Positions 35,237 to 49,564 of a stretch of DNA of 64,000 nucleotides are shown here, piece by piece. Position 1 is the first letter of the stretch. Each line of letters begins with the position of its first letter. This stretch comes from Stegostoma tigrinum (taxonomy: Eukaryota), in the NCBI RefSeq assembly GCF_030684315.1, contig NC_081378.1:48278307-48342306 (forward strand). Reading direction: 5' to 3'. The translations under genes and the position numbers were made by a program. The notes below the pieces were generated by a model, which was given only the letters and a program-made list of their open reading frames with translations, was not told the origin of the DNA and did not search any database.

Positions 35237-38229
35237 AGAGTGTGATGTGTGAAAGTGTATAGTGTGGTGGTGTCACCTGTAGTGCAACATGAACTCAAGA
35301 TCCCAAGTTCAGGACATCCTCATAGGTACCGAACTTGACTATCAGCCTCTACTCGGTGACTCTGCATTGTTGTGTATTCCAAAGTCCGCCATGGAGGATG
35401 TTTACCCGAAGATCTGAGGCCGATTGTCCCTGACCGCTGAAGTGTTCCCCCATTGGGAGGGAACATCCCTGTCTGGCAATTGTTGTGCAGTGTCCATTCA
35501 TCCGTTGTCATAGCGCCTGCCAATATACCATGCCTTGGGGCATCCATACCTGCAGGCTATGAGATAGACAACATTAGCCAAGTCACGAGCGTCTGCAAAG
35601 CACTTGGTGGGTGGCGTTCCCGTGAGTGACAGGAGTGTCCATGTTAATGATCTGATATGTTTTGCAGAGGTTGCCAGAGGTTTGGTGGTCAATTGAAAGT
35701 AAGAAATGGTGGCATGGGGAAGACCTTGGCATGGGGAAGAACATGGTGTAGGTTCTCCACTCTCGGGAAGTACTGGATGGCAAAAGATGTCTTATCAGTC
35801 GTATCCCGTGTCTGTCTTCTGAGGAGGTCATTACGGAATTTTGCTGTGGCATGTCAGAACTGGCAATCGATGAGTCAAGCATCATATCCTGTTCTTATGA
35901 GGGTGTTCTTCAAGGCCTTGAGATGTCCGTCGCGTTTCTCCTCATCTGAACAGATCCTGTGTATGTGTAGGGCTTGTCTGTAAGGGATGGCTTTTAAAAA
36001 ATATGTTTGGGGTGGAAGCTAGAGAAAAGCAGCATCATGAGGTTATCTGTAGGCTTGTAGTACAGTGAAGTATTGAGTTATCCGTCCTTGATTGACAAGC
36101 GTGTGTCCAAGAATGAGACTAATTCTAATGAGTAGTCCACAATAAAACTGACGGTGGGATGAAACTTGTTGATATCACAATGTAGTTGTTTCAGTAATTC
36201 CTTGCAGTGAGTCCAATGGAAGAAAATGTTGACAATGTATCTGGTGTATAGCATTGATCAGAGGCCCTGTGCAGTAAAGAAGTCTTCTGCATGAAAATAT
36301 TTGCATATTGGGGTGCAAATCTGGACCCTAAGACTGTCCTGTATGTCTGGATGAAGAACTGATTGTCGAAGGTGAAAATGTTGTGGTTGAGGATAAAGCT
36401 GTTGAGTTGTCAGATGGTGTCTGTAAATTGTGGGCAGTTGTTGGTATTGAGTACTGAGGATGTTGCAACGACACCATCATTATGGGGAATGCTAGTGTAG
36501 AATGACGACAGACAAAATGTCCATTGTGATGAGGAGTGTTCCTGGTTCGATTGGTCCATGGGTACTGAGTTTCTGTAAGAAATCTGTAGTGTCACAACAG
36601 AAGCTGCAGGTTCCCTGTACAATGGGCTTCAAGATGTCTTAGACATAACTAAAGAAATTCTTTGGTTCCCATTACCTGATACGATGGGATGTCCAGGTGT
36701 GTTGACTTTATGTATCTTCGGAAGACAGAGAAGTACCCTATGCGAGAAGTACGCAGGATGAAACTGCATAGAGTACTCTGAAGGACTGGATCAAAAGTCT
36801 TGATCAATCTGTTAAGTTCACAAGTTCACTACCCAGCCTTCAGGACATCAACTACAACACCATACAACGCTGTCATGGCAACCCCTGTAAGACATGACAG
36901 ATCATCGACTTGGATACTACCATCACACATGGGAACAGCATCCACCATGTGCACAGCAGACACTCATGTGACTTGGCCAACAATGTCTATCTCGTATGTA
37001 GCAGGCAAGGCTGCCCTGAGGTATGGTATATTGGTGAAACCACGCAGATGCTATGACAACGGATGAGTGGACATTGCACAACAATCATCAGACAGGGATG
37101 TTCCCTCCCAGTGGGGAGCACTTCAGCAGTCAAGGAGATTCAGCTTCAGATCTTTGGGTAAACATCCTCCAAGGTGGACTTCGGGATATGCAACAACGTG
37201 GAGTCACCAAGCAGAAGCTGATGGCCAAGTTCGGTACTCATGAGAACAGCCTGAACCGGGAGGGTTCACTTTGCATTGCAAGTGACCCCCAACACACCAT
37301 ACACTCGCTCTCTCTCTCTCACACACACACACATGCACTCATACACACAAATAGATCTACGGAAAACAAAACTAAAATTGCTGGAAATGCTCAGCAGGTC
37401 TGCCAGCATCTGTGAAGGAAAAAGACAGAGTTAATGTTTCGGGTCCGGTGACCCTTCCTCAGAACTGATGGTGGTTGGGAAAATGTCAGTTTATATGCGG
37501 AAAAATGGGAGAGGGCAATTGGGTAGGGAGTAAATGATAGGTTAGAGCCTAAAGAGAGAGAAGAGCAGTTGGGCAGACAAAGAGTTGATAATGATCAGGC
37601 TGGGAGGGCGAACAGTTGTTAATGGGGACTATTAGTGACTAGTAACAGGTAGTGTGTAATGGTAGGCTATGTGGTAACAGGGCCTGGTGTGTGGGGTAGG
37701 GGGCTGGGACATGGGAGAGTTTAGGCTCTAAGGGCTGAATTTGCATTTGCAGAATTTTAATTGCAGATATATTCTATTTTGTTCAAAAAGCACACAATTT
37801 GTAGAGTCAATGTAGAACTTTATAAATTCCTACTTCAGAAATAAAACCAGTCTGACACCAAGTTGATACTCAGCCAGATTCTAAACAAGGCCTCACACCT
37901 AAAGTGCATTGTCTGACTGAGATGTCACCTCTGGTGTACATTGATAAAACCTTTAGTTACCTCAGGGCGGTGGCTTGAAAGAAATTCTGGGATTTGCGTA
38001 TTAATCAATTGAAACCTGCATCTCCCTTCTAAGTGATTAAAGATTTAACAGCCAACTTAGGTTTGTTCAATACATTTACATCAGTTTTATGGCCCTTTGA
38101 TCTTTTGCTTATAAATTCTGTGTCTGATGCCACTTCTCTCACTAATACCTGAAGAACGTGAGAGATTCTGAAAACTTGTGTTTCAAATTAACCTGTTAGA
38201 CTATAACTTTATGTTGTGTGATTTCTGAC
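34668..38229. mobile_element. Large PLE (third family) as an inverted partial dimer: 34668-~36820 minus, ~36820-38229 plus, with a nested PLE piece ~37360-37731
   Basis: NVVYLIACRYGCPKAWYIG GIY-YIG motif on both strands, RT remnant (FYTSIPHNDG), inverted terminal regions, exact 12-bp TSD agaatttagaag. Confidence 0.85.
35185..35235. repeat. (TG)n microsatellite within the PLE 3' region
   Basis: About 25 uninterrupted TG units. Confidence 0.95.
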
Positions 38230-40904
38230 AGAATTTAGAAGGCAGGTTCTATTCTGAACACCCTGGTCCATACCTTAATCATCTCCAACATTCCATTTCT
38301 TTCTCAATACACCTTTCCATCGAAGCATAAGAGACGCAACACTTGAACTTGTGTCTCCTCTCTCCTCACCGTGCTAGGCCTAAACATTCCTTTCAGGTTA
38401 AATAGCTATTTACATGTACACCTTGCAATTGACTTTAGCACCTTTGCTGCTCACAATTCAGCCTAACCTTCACAGTGGGATCTAAATGCAGATTGAGTGA
38501 TCACTTTGCAGAATGCCTCCCTTCAATCTGTAAGCAGGACATTAGCTTCTGATCACACGTTAATTTTATAACCTACTACTCTGAACCTCTCTGTCTAGGA
38601 TGAACTGGCATGAATAGTTTAATGAGCAAGGCAGGACTATAAAAATGTATAAAATATATAGGGAAAAATAATAAAAAGATGCTGAAGGACAAGGATTTTA
38701 ACCAAAATCAGAGTTCTTCATTCAAATACACAGAGTGTAAGGAACAAATTAGATGAGCTGCAGGCAAAGATTCAACCTCTAAATTAAGATTAAGGAGACC
38801 TGGTTAAAGTATGGTCAGATCTGGGAACTAAACATACCAGGATGTAAGGTTTATAGGAGGGATAAAGAAAATGGCACATTGGGTGGAGAAGTATTACTGC
38901 TTAGAAACAGAATCACTTCGATGGTGAGGGAGGGAAGATGTAATGAGGGAAAAGCACCCTGTGGAGATCTTAGGAATGAAACTGAGGAACCGTAAGAATC
39001 TAAAACCACCATTGGTGTCACATATTGGCCACCTGGTAGCAGCTTAGAAGTGCTAGAGTGTATAAATGCTTAAATTAGGCAACTACATAGCACAGGCATA
39101 ATAGTATTAGTGGGGAATTTTAATCTGAACATAGACTGGAAAAACCAGACAAGCACCACCCAGAACAATTGTGAATTTCTCAAGTGTGTCCAGCATAATT
39201 CCCTACTTTATACCTCTTGGATGTAACAAGGGTACCAGCAATATTGGATCTAGTAATGAGCAATGAGGTTGATGTAATTAGCAACCTAATTATTAATTAG
39301 CCTTTGTCAAATAGTGATCATAACATGATTGACTTTCATGTAGTGTTTGTAAGAGACGAGCAAAGATCTGGTACTCGGATTTTGGACTTACATTAGGCAG
39401 CATTTAATGGGATGATGCAGACACCGTCCACAATAAACTATGAAGTTCTGCTAATAGATAAAACAATTGAGGAACAGTGGATGGTGTTCGAAGAAATATT
39501 TTATGCTATTCAGAAGTAGTTTGTACCCATGAGAAGGAAAAGCTCCACCTCACAATAAAAAAGGGCATCAAACAGGGTAAGGGGCACCAAAAAATTAAAA
39601 AGAAGGGCTTATAAAAATGCAAAGAATAGGACAGATCCCACAGAATCAGACAAATGCAAAGACCAATGAAGGGACACAAAGTGGCTTGTAAAAGCACCTA
39701 AAAAGGATTATGAAAGGAAACTTGCAAGGCACATAAAAGACAAATAAGGTATTTATAGTCATATAAAGTGAGTGGCTGGTTAAGATTAGTAATGGTCCAC
39801 TGAAGGCTGAGTTTGGGGATGGAAAATGGCTGACATGCTAATGATTATTTAGCTTCAGTATTCACCCCAGAAAAGGAGGATAGCTTGCCCAGAAGTCCCA
39901 TGGAAATTAACAGAGTATCAGGGGCAGAGTCTAAATAAAATTAGTTCAAGTAATCATCAATAATGGGGCAATTATTGGAACTGAAGAGTGAAAAATCCCC
40001 AGGGCCTGATGGCTTCCTTCTACAGGCGTTAAAGGAAGAGCATATTGCCGATACCTTAACCATAATTTTTGAGAGTTCTCTGAATGCAGAAATTATGCCT
40101 CTTGATTGGAAATTTACACATATTTATCTGCTCTTTAAGAAGGGTGACAGAGGAAACCAGAGAGTTACAGACTAGTTAACCTAATATCTGAGGTGGGGAA
40201 ATTGTTGAAGTCTATAATCTATGGGTAACTGATCACCTTGAAAAATTTCAGTTTATCAGAGACAGCATAGATTCATGAAGGTTAGATCATGCCTGACAAG
40301 ACTCAGAGTTTTTTGACATAGATGGTGGGAGAGAGCAAAGTCAATGGGTGTTTTTTTTTTATCACATGGACTTCTGGTGGCTTTTGATAAAGTCCCACAC
40401 AAGAGACTTAGCGAAAGTGGAAGCCCACAGAATTGAGGGCAAATTACTGACATGGATAGGAAACTGATTGAATGGCAGGAGACACTGAGTTGAAATAATG
40501 GGTGATTGGCAGGACATAAGTGGTGGTCTCCCACAGGGATCTGTGTTGGCACCTCAGTTATTCACAATATTCATTAACAACATAGATAATAGGATATAAA
40601 GTCAAATATCCAAACTTGCCGACACAAAATTGGACAGCATTCTAAACAGCGTTAATATTAGCATAAAATTACTACAGGATATTGATAATTTGGGTGAATG
40701 AGCAAAGCTGTGACAGATGGATTTTAATATAAGCAACTGTGAAGTTATCCATTTCAGACTGAAAAAGGATCTATCTGGGTGTTTTTAGAAGCCACCAAGT
40801 TAAATATAGTGAATGTCCAACAAAATTTGGAGATTCAGGCGCATATCTCTTTAAAATTCCATGAACAGGTGCAGAAAATAGTCATAAAGGCTAACGAATG
40901 CTGG

Positions 40905-42369
40905 AAAGTCACAGATGATTGGAAAATTGCTGTTGTAATCCTCTTGTTTAAGAAAGGATCAAGGCAAAAGATAGAAAATTATAGGCCGATTAGCCTAACC
41001 TCGGTAGTTGGTAAAATTCTTGAATCCATTGTCAAGGATGAGATTTCTAAATTCCTGGAAGTGCAGGGTCGGATTAGAACAAGTCAGCATGGATTTAGTA
41101 AGGGGAGGTCGTGCCTGACAAGCCTGTTAGAATTCTTTGAAGAGGTAACAAGTATGTTAGACCAGGGAAACACAGGAGATGTTATCTATCTTGACTTCCA
41201 AAAGGCATTTGATACGGTGCCTCATGGGGGGCTGCTGAGCAAGGTGAGGGCCCATGGTGTTTGAGGTGGGCTACTGGCTTGGATTGAGGATTGTCTGTCT
41301 GACAGAAGGCAGAGAGTTGGGATAAAAGGCTCTTTTTCGGAATGGCAACCGGTGACAAGTGGTGTCCCACAGGGTTCAGTGATGGGGCCACAGCTGTTCA
41401 CCTTATATATTAATGATCTGGATGAAGGGACTGGGGGCATTCTGGCGAAGTTTGCCGATGATACGAAGGTGGGTCGACAGGCAGGTAGTACTGAGGAGGT
41501 GGGGAAGTTGCAGAAAGATTTAGGAAGCTTAGCAGAGTGGTCCAGGAAATGGCTAAAGATATTCAATGTGAGTAAATGTGAGGTTTGGCGCTTTGGAAAA
41601 AAGAGTACAGGCATGGACTATTTTCTAAATGGTGAGAAAATTCGTAAAGCAGAAGTACAAAGGGATCTGGGAGTGTTGGTCGAAGATTCTCTAAAAGTTA
41701 ACTTGCAGGTAGAGTCAGTGATTAAGAAAGCGAATGTAATGTTGTCGTTTATCTCAAGAGGGTTGGAATATAAAAGCAGCGATGTGCTTCTGAGGTTTTA
41801 TAAAGCTCTAGTTAGACCTCATTTAGAACACGATGTCCAATTTTGGGCCCCACACCTCAGGAAGGACATACTAGCCCTGGAGCACGTCCAGCAGAGATTC
41901 ACACGAATGATCCCTGGAATGGTAGGTTTAATGTATGATGAACGGCTAAGGATCCTGGGATTGTACTCATTAGAGTTTGGAAGGTTGAGGGGAGATCTAA
42001 TAGAAACTTACAAGATAATGTATGGCTTAGAAGGGGTGGACGCTAGGAAGTTGTTTCCGTTAGGCGGGGAGACTAGGACCTGTGGGCACAGCCTTAAAAT
42101 TAGAAGGGGGAAACTTAAAACGGAAATGAGACGACATTTCTTCAGCCAGAGTGGTGGGCTTGTGGAATTCATTACCACGGAGTGCAATGGAGGCCGGGAC
42201 ATTAGATGCCTTCAAGGCAGAGATCGACAAATTCTTGCTCTCTCAAGGAATCAAGGGCTACGGGGAGAGTGCAGGGAAGTGGAGTTGAAATGCCCATCAG
42301 CCATGATTTAAATGGAGGAGTGGGCTTGATGGGCCAAATGGCCTTACTTCCACTCCTATGTCTTATGGT
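40905..42369 (+). mobile_element. Young 5'-truncated CR1 with nearly intact RT domain
   Basis: NYRPISLTS, YLDFQKAFD, GVPQGSVMGP, FADD in one frame with a single TGA (41262-41264) and a frameshift near 42150. Confidence 0.93.
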
Positions 42370-42829
42370 CTTCATATCTAAAACTTTGGAGTATAAGGAT
42401 GCAGACATTACACCGCAGTTATACAAAACACTAGTTAGACCCACTTACAGATCTGGGTGACACACCTTAGAAAGGATGTTTTGTCCCTGCAAGGAGTTCA
42501 ATGCAGGTTTACAAGGATGATACCTGCCTTTATTCTCTAGTATTTAGAAGGATAAGGGATGAGCCAACCAAGGTATTCGGGATATTAAAAAGAAAAGACA
42601 GGATAGATGAAGATAAACTATTTACACCGGTTGTAGATTCTAGAATCAGGGGTGTAGTCTTACAATTAGGGCTGCACCATTCAGAAGGAATATTAGAAAG
42701 CACTTCCACACACAAAGATTAGTGCAGGTTTGGGACTCTCTTCCTCAAATGGCAGGCAATGCTAACTAAATTGTTAAATTTAAAGCTGATATAGATGACT
42801 TTTTAATAAGCCAGGGTATCAAGGGATAT

Positions 42830-43111
42830 AGAATTAGAGGGGGTAAATTTAAAACTGAAATGAGAAGACATTTCTTCAGCCAGAGAGTGGTGGGCCTGTG
42901 GAATTCATTGCCACGGAGCGCAGTGGAGGCCGAGACGTTAAATGTCTTCAAGGTAGAGATTGATAAATTCTTGATCTCACAAGGAATCACAAGGGCTACG
43001 GGGAGAGTGCAGGGAAGTGGAGTTGAAATGCCCATCAGCTATGATTAAATGGCGGAGTGGACTCGATGGGCCGAATGGCCTTACTTCCACTCCTATGTCT
43101 TATGTTCTTAT
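42830..43111 (+). mobile_element. Young CR1 3' end, same subfamily as 40905-42369
   Basis: Highly similar to 42098-42369; ggatat duplicated at the flanks. Confidence 0.88.
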
Positions 43112-43929
43112 GGATATGGACCCCCAAAGCAGGCATATGGAGTTAGGCCATAGATCAAGCATGACCATGCTGATTGATGGAGCTGGTTTCAGTGGCTGAA
43201 TAGTCTACTTCTGTCCTATGTTCTAGATTTATAAATATCACTTTCAGTGTCTGTAGTTTATTTTTGTTTTAACTATTTAGTATCTCGGTCTTCCAGAGAT
43301 CAGTTTTATTTAAAGAGTTTTCGGGTCAATGTCCCGCTTAGATTTTGAGAGTTCAGTGCTGAGTATTTTAGTTGTCAGGGTTTCTGTGATTTAGAAGTCA
43401 GTATATTGACTACCATGGTACACCTCCATTGAGTGGTTGCACAAACATCCTATTCCACTGGAGAATTCCAGGACACTCCCTACATTCCAGACAACCTTGT
43501 GTGTGGAAAGTTCCATCAGTTTCTGAAGCTCAAGGAGAAGTCTGGCCAGCGTATGCAGTTTGGATTGTTTCAAGCGGTGGTCACCATATAGTTTCAGAAG
43601 ATCCACAAAGTTAGGGAGAAAGTGACTACCAGACGTAAGTAGTGGAGGAATTCTCCAAAGCCAATAACAATTAATTGCCATTTAAGGGACATTTCCACTC
43701 CCATATCCCTCATTTCAATTTTGAGGTTGATAGAAGATTTGGGAGTGGCGTAAAGTGCGTCAAATTACCTTATTTACACCCTGGGCCCTCGAGGGCTCCC
43801 CTTTCCCAACTGGGGGCTGCACCATAAGGTCGGTCCCTCCCAGGTGCTTTCTGCACCCTCAACCCTAGCATACAGAGCCACATCCAATGCCCCACCCCAA
43901 CTGCATTATCATTGTCAACTCTCATGGCC

Positions 43930-45900
43930 ATCACCTTTAAAAAAATCAATAAATTTGGTCAAGCAAGATTTTCTTCTTTGAAATCCATGTTGACTTTTCA
44001 TTATTTATTTTTTGTTTCTATATGCTTTTCTGGGAACTGATTAGCCTAGTTGGCTAGACAGATAGCACATAGTTCACTATGATACCAACAGTGTGGACTT
44101 GATCCCCATTCCAGCTGAGGTCGATTTGGTGCATAAGTTGTGGTCAAGTGACCTTTGTCCAGTCAAGAATGCTATCTGGAAAAGAAAGGGATTCTATTAT
44201 TTTACGAAAGCTGATGTTAAGCTGACTGGTCTACAATTCCCTATAAACATGTTCTGTCTCCCTTCTTAAGTACATAAAATTGCATTAGCTATCCATCAGT
44301 CCTCTGGCACTACACTCTAATGATTTATTAAATATGTGCAGCAATGTCTCTGATAACGCATGCAATCCATCTGAATTATCGACTTTTATTATTCAATGCA
44401 TCTTTTCATTTTAAGTTTTAAAATATTTTATTGTTCATCTCACGATTACCCAGTCTATCACCTCAGTAAACATCAAAAGAAAATAATTAATCAACTTTTC
44501 CACCATCTTTCAATTTTTATTTGTGGCATTATCCTGCCAATGTTTAATAGTTCTACTCCTACCAGAACAATTTTTTAAATGATATGTTTGTAAAATATTT
44601 CATTACTTCATTTTATGCTTCTTGATAGTTTAATTTGAGGTTTTTGTTTTTGCCCTCCTGTTTCTTTAACTTCACTTATAATCTCTCTGTATTCTCTTAT
44701 CATGCTCTCCTCTGCTGTCTATGTCCTTAATGTACGTTTCTATCCTGAACTTCACTTGCTCCCAAAAATCCTTACTCATCCATGGAGATTCATTGATATT
44801 TAGTTGCTTTTTCCTTTTAAAGGACTATATTTTCCTGTATGCTGTTGAACACAGTTTTAAAAGATTCCTATTATAATTTTAGGTCATTGATTACAAATGT
44901 CATTGCTCATTTATTTTCTCAAGTTCCATTCTCAGGCCCTTCAAAATCATTTGCTCTCCAATCTATTAATCTGTTTTTTGTCATTCCGGCCTCCTTCTGT
45001 ATCATTGTACATCAGCTTTTCTTATTTGCTGAGATTTATTGCCCATTACCTGATACACATATTCACTCATTGACAGAATGGGGGTGGTGCTGCCTACGCA
45101 ACCATTTACTGCCTCTCCCTAATTGCCCTGGAGAAGGTGATGGTGATCCATTGCAGTGCTTAAGTCCAGGCAGACCTACAGTGCAATTAGGAGTCCGAAG
45201 ATTTTGATATTAACAGAGAATTGGTGATATGGTTTCAAATCAAGATAGCGTTTGACCTGAAAGAGAACTTGCAGGTTGTGTTGATCTCATGTATCTGTGG
45301 CTCTTATCCTTTTAGGTGTTAGAGGTCAAGGTTTTGGAAGATGCTGTTGAAGCAGCTTTGGTGAGTTACTGCAGTGTATCTTATGGATGCACAAAGCTGC
45401 CACTATGAATGTGAATGGAGTGACCATTGAAGATTTTGGATGGAAAGCCATTCAAATGAGTTACTTTGTACTGGATGGTGTCAAACTTCTTGAATGTTTT
45501 TGGAGCTGCACTCAAACTGGTAAGTGGAACAAACTCCATCACACTTCTGACTTGTGCCTTATTTTAGTGGACAGATTTTGGGCAGTCAAGAGGTGAGTTA
45601 TTTTCATCACAGATCTCCCAGCCTCTGATTTGCTCTTGTAGCAACAGTGTTTGTGACTGGCTCAGTCCAGTTTCTGGTCACTGGTAGCCCTCAGGAATTT
45701 GATAGCAGCTGGCAATGATGGCAATGCCATTGAATTTAAACAGCAATGTTAAGATTCTCTCTGTGGGAGCTGGTTATTGCTTGGCACTTGTGTGAGATGA
45801 TTATAAAATATCACTTAACGGCCTTGAGTAATGTCCAAGTCTTGCAGCATACAGGCACAGACTACTTCAGTATTTGAGTGTATCATACAAACACAGGCTG
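43930..45900 (-). mobile_element. Old CR1 remnant followed by a decayed LINE 3' region (~45050-45900); SINE head inserted at ~44030-44130
   Basis: Degenerate similarity to other LINE copies in the window. Confidence 0.55.
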
Positions 45901-46869
45901 CTGCAGTACCTGAGGGTATCAGTGAATCTGCCCTTGCTGTGCCTTTCACAAATTGGGTTAGACAAGAGTCCTGAACACATTGGAGAAACTCTACTCTCTT
46001 GACCCTTTTGCCTATGTTTTGTCCAAAAAATATCAAGGTAGTTGAAATTCTCAATGATTAGTTTCCTATGATTTTACTCAATTCCCTGACTTATAAGCAT
46101 CTTTCAACCTCCACCTTCCTTCAGTCTTCCAGCTCCCACTTCACAGGATTTCTGCATTGCCTCAGCTATCTGTATTTCTTTATTCTGCTTAGGTTCTTTT
46201 GTTTCTTGTTCTTTTGTTTCAATTAATAGCTGTGCTTCCTCTTCATAATGGTTACATTGGAGAACTAAGAGAAAAAAAGTTTTAGAAGTTGGGTAAGTAA
46301 TTAGTAGCGCAGAAATATTGACTTGGGAAGTCAACTTATAGCTGAATCAGATGAGGTGTGCAGCAAGTGGCTAATTTGGCATTAGGCCTTTATACCCTTA
46401 TAAGTGTTTCTCTATTCTGACAGAAGTTGTAAGTTCCTCTTTTCTTTCTTATATTTGTAATGATGATTAGATACAGCAAAGATAATTGTGCGGTAGATTT
46501 TGATCTAATTGCTGGCTGTTAAAAACATCACATGGTTGTGGAGCACATACAGTGAAATGTACCAGCAGACATACGCTTGTTACACAATCTGATTTTCCTT
46601 TCAATCATTTAAATGGGTGGAATGTTAGTGGCGTTTTCTCATGTATGGATGGCAGATGCAGTCCCATTTCCTCCCCACACTCCATACAGGCAATGCCTAG
46701 CACCCAGTCAACAACAACTGCTAACTCTGTAACCGTTTTCATCCTTGCAATCCATATAAATTTTCTCCAATTCTGGCCCCAATGCCACTCTGATTTCCAT
46801 TACTTCGCTATTGGCAGCAGTGCTTTCAGCTGTCCAGGGTTTGGACCTCTGTATTTCCGTCCTTGCAGG

Positions 46870-47056
46870 ACAAACTCAGCAGATCTGGCAGTATCTGTGG
46901 AGAGAAAACAGACTTAACACTTCGAGTCTGATGACACTTCGTCAGAACAGTTTTGTATTTTGTGTCCACAGATGCTGCCAGACCTGCTGAGTTTCCCCAG
47001 CAATTTCTGTTTTTGTTTCAGACTGCCAGCATCTGCAGTTCTTGGATTTATTTTCT
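46870..47056. mobile_element. Fold-back PLE pseudo-LTR remnant
   Basis: aaactcagcagatctggcagtatctgtgg / ccacagatgctgccagacctgctgagttt inverted pair plus tail. Confidence 0.75.
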
Positions 47057-47346
47057 TATAATGGAGATGAAATGCTTTGGCTATATGCTTCCTATCACAG
47101 TCAATGAATCCTACAACTTGAGAGGCTTGAGAATTTAAATCACAGCTCATGCAACAGTGCTCTGTAGGGTCATGTTCAGGAGAAAAAAGGGGATAATGAA
47201 TTGGCAGCCTATTTCACACCACTTTACTCCCCTTTCCCACAATACCCCACACATCATTTTCGTTTCCATTGACTTCAGACCAATTTCAACAGCTCAACTC
47301 TTTATTTGATTCAGATGCTGAGTACTCGCAGTAAAACCATACTAAC

Positions 47347-47438
47347 CGCTGCTGCAATTCTTGCCCTTTCTTCTTCTTCAAGTCTCAGTTTCTCAAGTCT
47401 CTCTTGTTCTGCACGTTCAGCTGCCAGCCTTAGCTCCT
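47347..47438 (-). CDS. DNAI7: DNAI7/CASC1 exon 4 (EELRLAAERAEQERLEKLRLEEEERARIAAA)
   Basis: aacag| 92 nt |gttagt; phase 1 to 0 matches both neighbours; aligns with recalled human EEARLKYEKEEMERLEIQRIE. Confidence 0.88.
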
Positions 47439-49564
47439 CTGTTACATATGAAACATTTGTCAGTTCTTACAGGGAATATAAAGCTCTTCTCTCTACAATG
47501 ATGTGAACATTATAGATTCTCTTTGGTCCTTTCTTTGTACATGAACACCCTACCCCTTTATTGATCTCTAGCTATAGCCAGGTTGATTTTTTTTGGGAAG
47601 GAGCAAGGTTTTTTGGAGGAGTACATTTTTGTAGTTTGTACACTGTGGCTTGCCATAATCATGTGACGTTTGATGTAGTTGCTTTCAGTATGGAGGCATG
47701 AAGGCAGAAGTAATTAAAGGCAGCACATGGAACAAAAGTGGTGGCACGAGATTGCTGTACCCAAATCACTTGCCACCCTACTTCCAGCATGGCTTCAACC
47801 TTCACCCTATTGTTGGGATCTTTGACAAAGGGGCTCAGGCAGCTGGCCAAAACAAGTCATGCCTGTATGATAATCAGCCGTACCAAACCACCACAGAATC
47901 GGCTGTAGTGGTTCAAGAAGTGGGTTATCAACATCTTCTCCAGGTCAACTAGGGATCAGTGTAACTTGCCAGCAAAATCCACTTGCTGAAAGAATTTAGA
48001 AAACTGTGTTCCAAATGCTGATACTTAACTGCAAGCCTTAGTTTCACCTCATATTTTGTTGGCCTCAATGTTGAGATTTTAAAAAAATTTTTGGTTGGAA
48101 CTGTGAGCTATGGTGATATATGATGGTGATCTTCGGACTATAAGCAGCAGCATTAAAATAAAACAAAAAAAAACAATACTTTTTTTATAGGACCTGGTCT
48201 GGAAGTTAGTTGCAGGTTGCTTTTTGCTCAAGGAACACTGTAGATATTTTGGCTCTGGGAATGCATCAAGCTCAAGTGTTAGCATATGTTTGAATGTCAA
48301 CAATTGTCATCACAGGGGCAGCTGATGCCAATCTACCAAACAGAATGTTGAAAAAACAGAAAGAGAAACCAAAGTTTGAACTGGTTCTGAACTGTATTTT
48401 TCGGACAAGAGTATTGTGGCTGTCAAGGCTGTAGGATGGAGGTTTGATTGTTCCCTGGTTATCCTCCCATGATCAACTTATTGCAAGTTGAAGAATCAAA
48501 TCTTAGTTTATAAGCATTTAATGACTATTTCTTGAAGCCTACTGGAAGCTATTTGCATTGACTGACGTCTTCAGAAATCAAAGAAGATACAATTCTATGT
48601 CCCTGTAATTCTAAGTTTTGTGCATAAAACTTAATAGAACAAGCCAATTACATCTATTTTTCTTCAAATTTGTCTCATAATTGGGTCTGCCTGTTTGTCT
48701 ATGTGTGAATGAGGGCTAGAATCAAAGAAGATTGGGTTTAAATCATAGACAATAATTAGATTGTCTTGCTATTTAACTTTGCTCATCTGAAGCTATTGTA
48801 TTCATCACAAATTGTTAATTATTTTGTTTAGGCTATAAAGTTGGTACTGGTTATTCACAAAGTCTGATTAGCATCAATTGTGAGGGTCATTGAATGTTCT
48901 GATTTTACTGTGGTGTGAATGCAGGAGTAGGGAGGCTGATTTGATTTGGCTATCAATACTTGTATAGTAATACTGAATCTCACCAGGAACTGAATCAGGA
49001 TCTGATTTTATTTTCAACCAACATAACTTATGAGAGGAGATGCCATAGCATTTGTCTGCCAGTTTTTTTTCTCCCTCATAATGAACATGTCAGGAGATCA
49101 GTTACTTACCAGCTGGGCAAATTCACTCTCACATTCTAATACTCATTGGGACTGTTCAACAGATGACTATAAATTGTTTATAACCATTAAAATATGGATG
49201 CAATCAGGTCGACCATCTGCACAGGGTTGGTGCCATGATGTGACCTTGCTGTCAGGTTTCCAAATGGCACCAGGAATTATTGGAGTTTTTGTGGAAATGA
49301 CACAAGTTCCTTAATCCACTGATAAATATCGGGCCTGAGCTGTGTGCACTTGTGCATTTAGTGAGGCAAGCAAGACTATAGCTTGGAGAATTTTGAAGGC
49401 ACCTATTAGAGGTTTCCTTTGGGTATTTTTCTTCGGTCATTGCTAAAAGGTTCCCTTGTCTAAATTGCACTGACGTTGTCATTTCTTTTTGGGATGTGCA
49501 CAATAACAATATGGTGGAAATTCATAGTTGATTTTATATATAAAAAGCAATTACAAAACAATAA

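Larger units (their letters stand above)
38640..43225 (+). mobile_element. Old, long CR1-type LINE hosting two younger CR1 insertions
   Basis: Decayed endonuclease to RT (KSPGPDGF...) to 3' tail 'cctatgttcta'. Confidence 0.8.

Noticed and set aside
41352-42311. Longest ORF (319 aa) as a host gene
   Set aside because: It is a 5'-truncated CR1 reverse transcriptase fragment with an upstream stop and a frameshifted tail.
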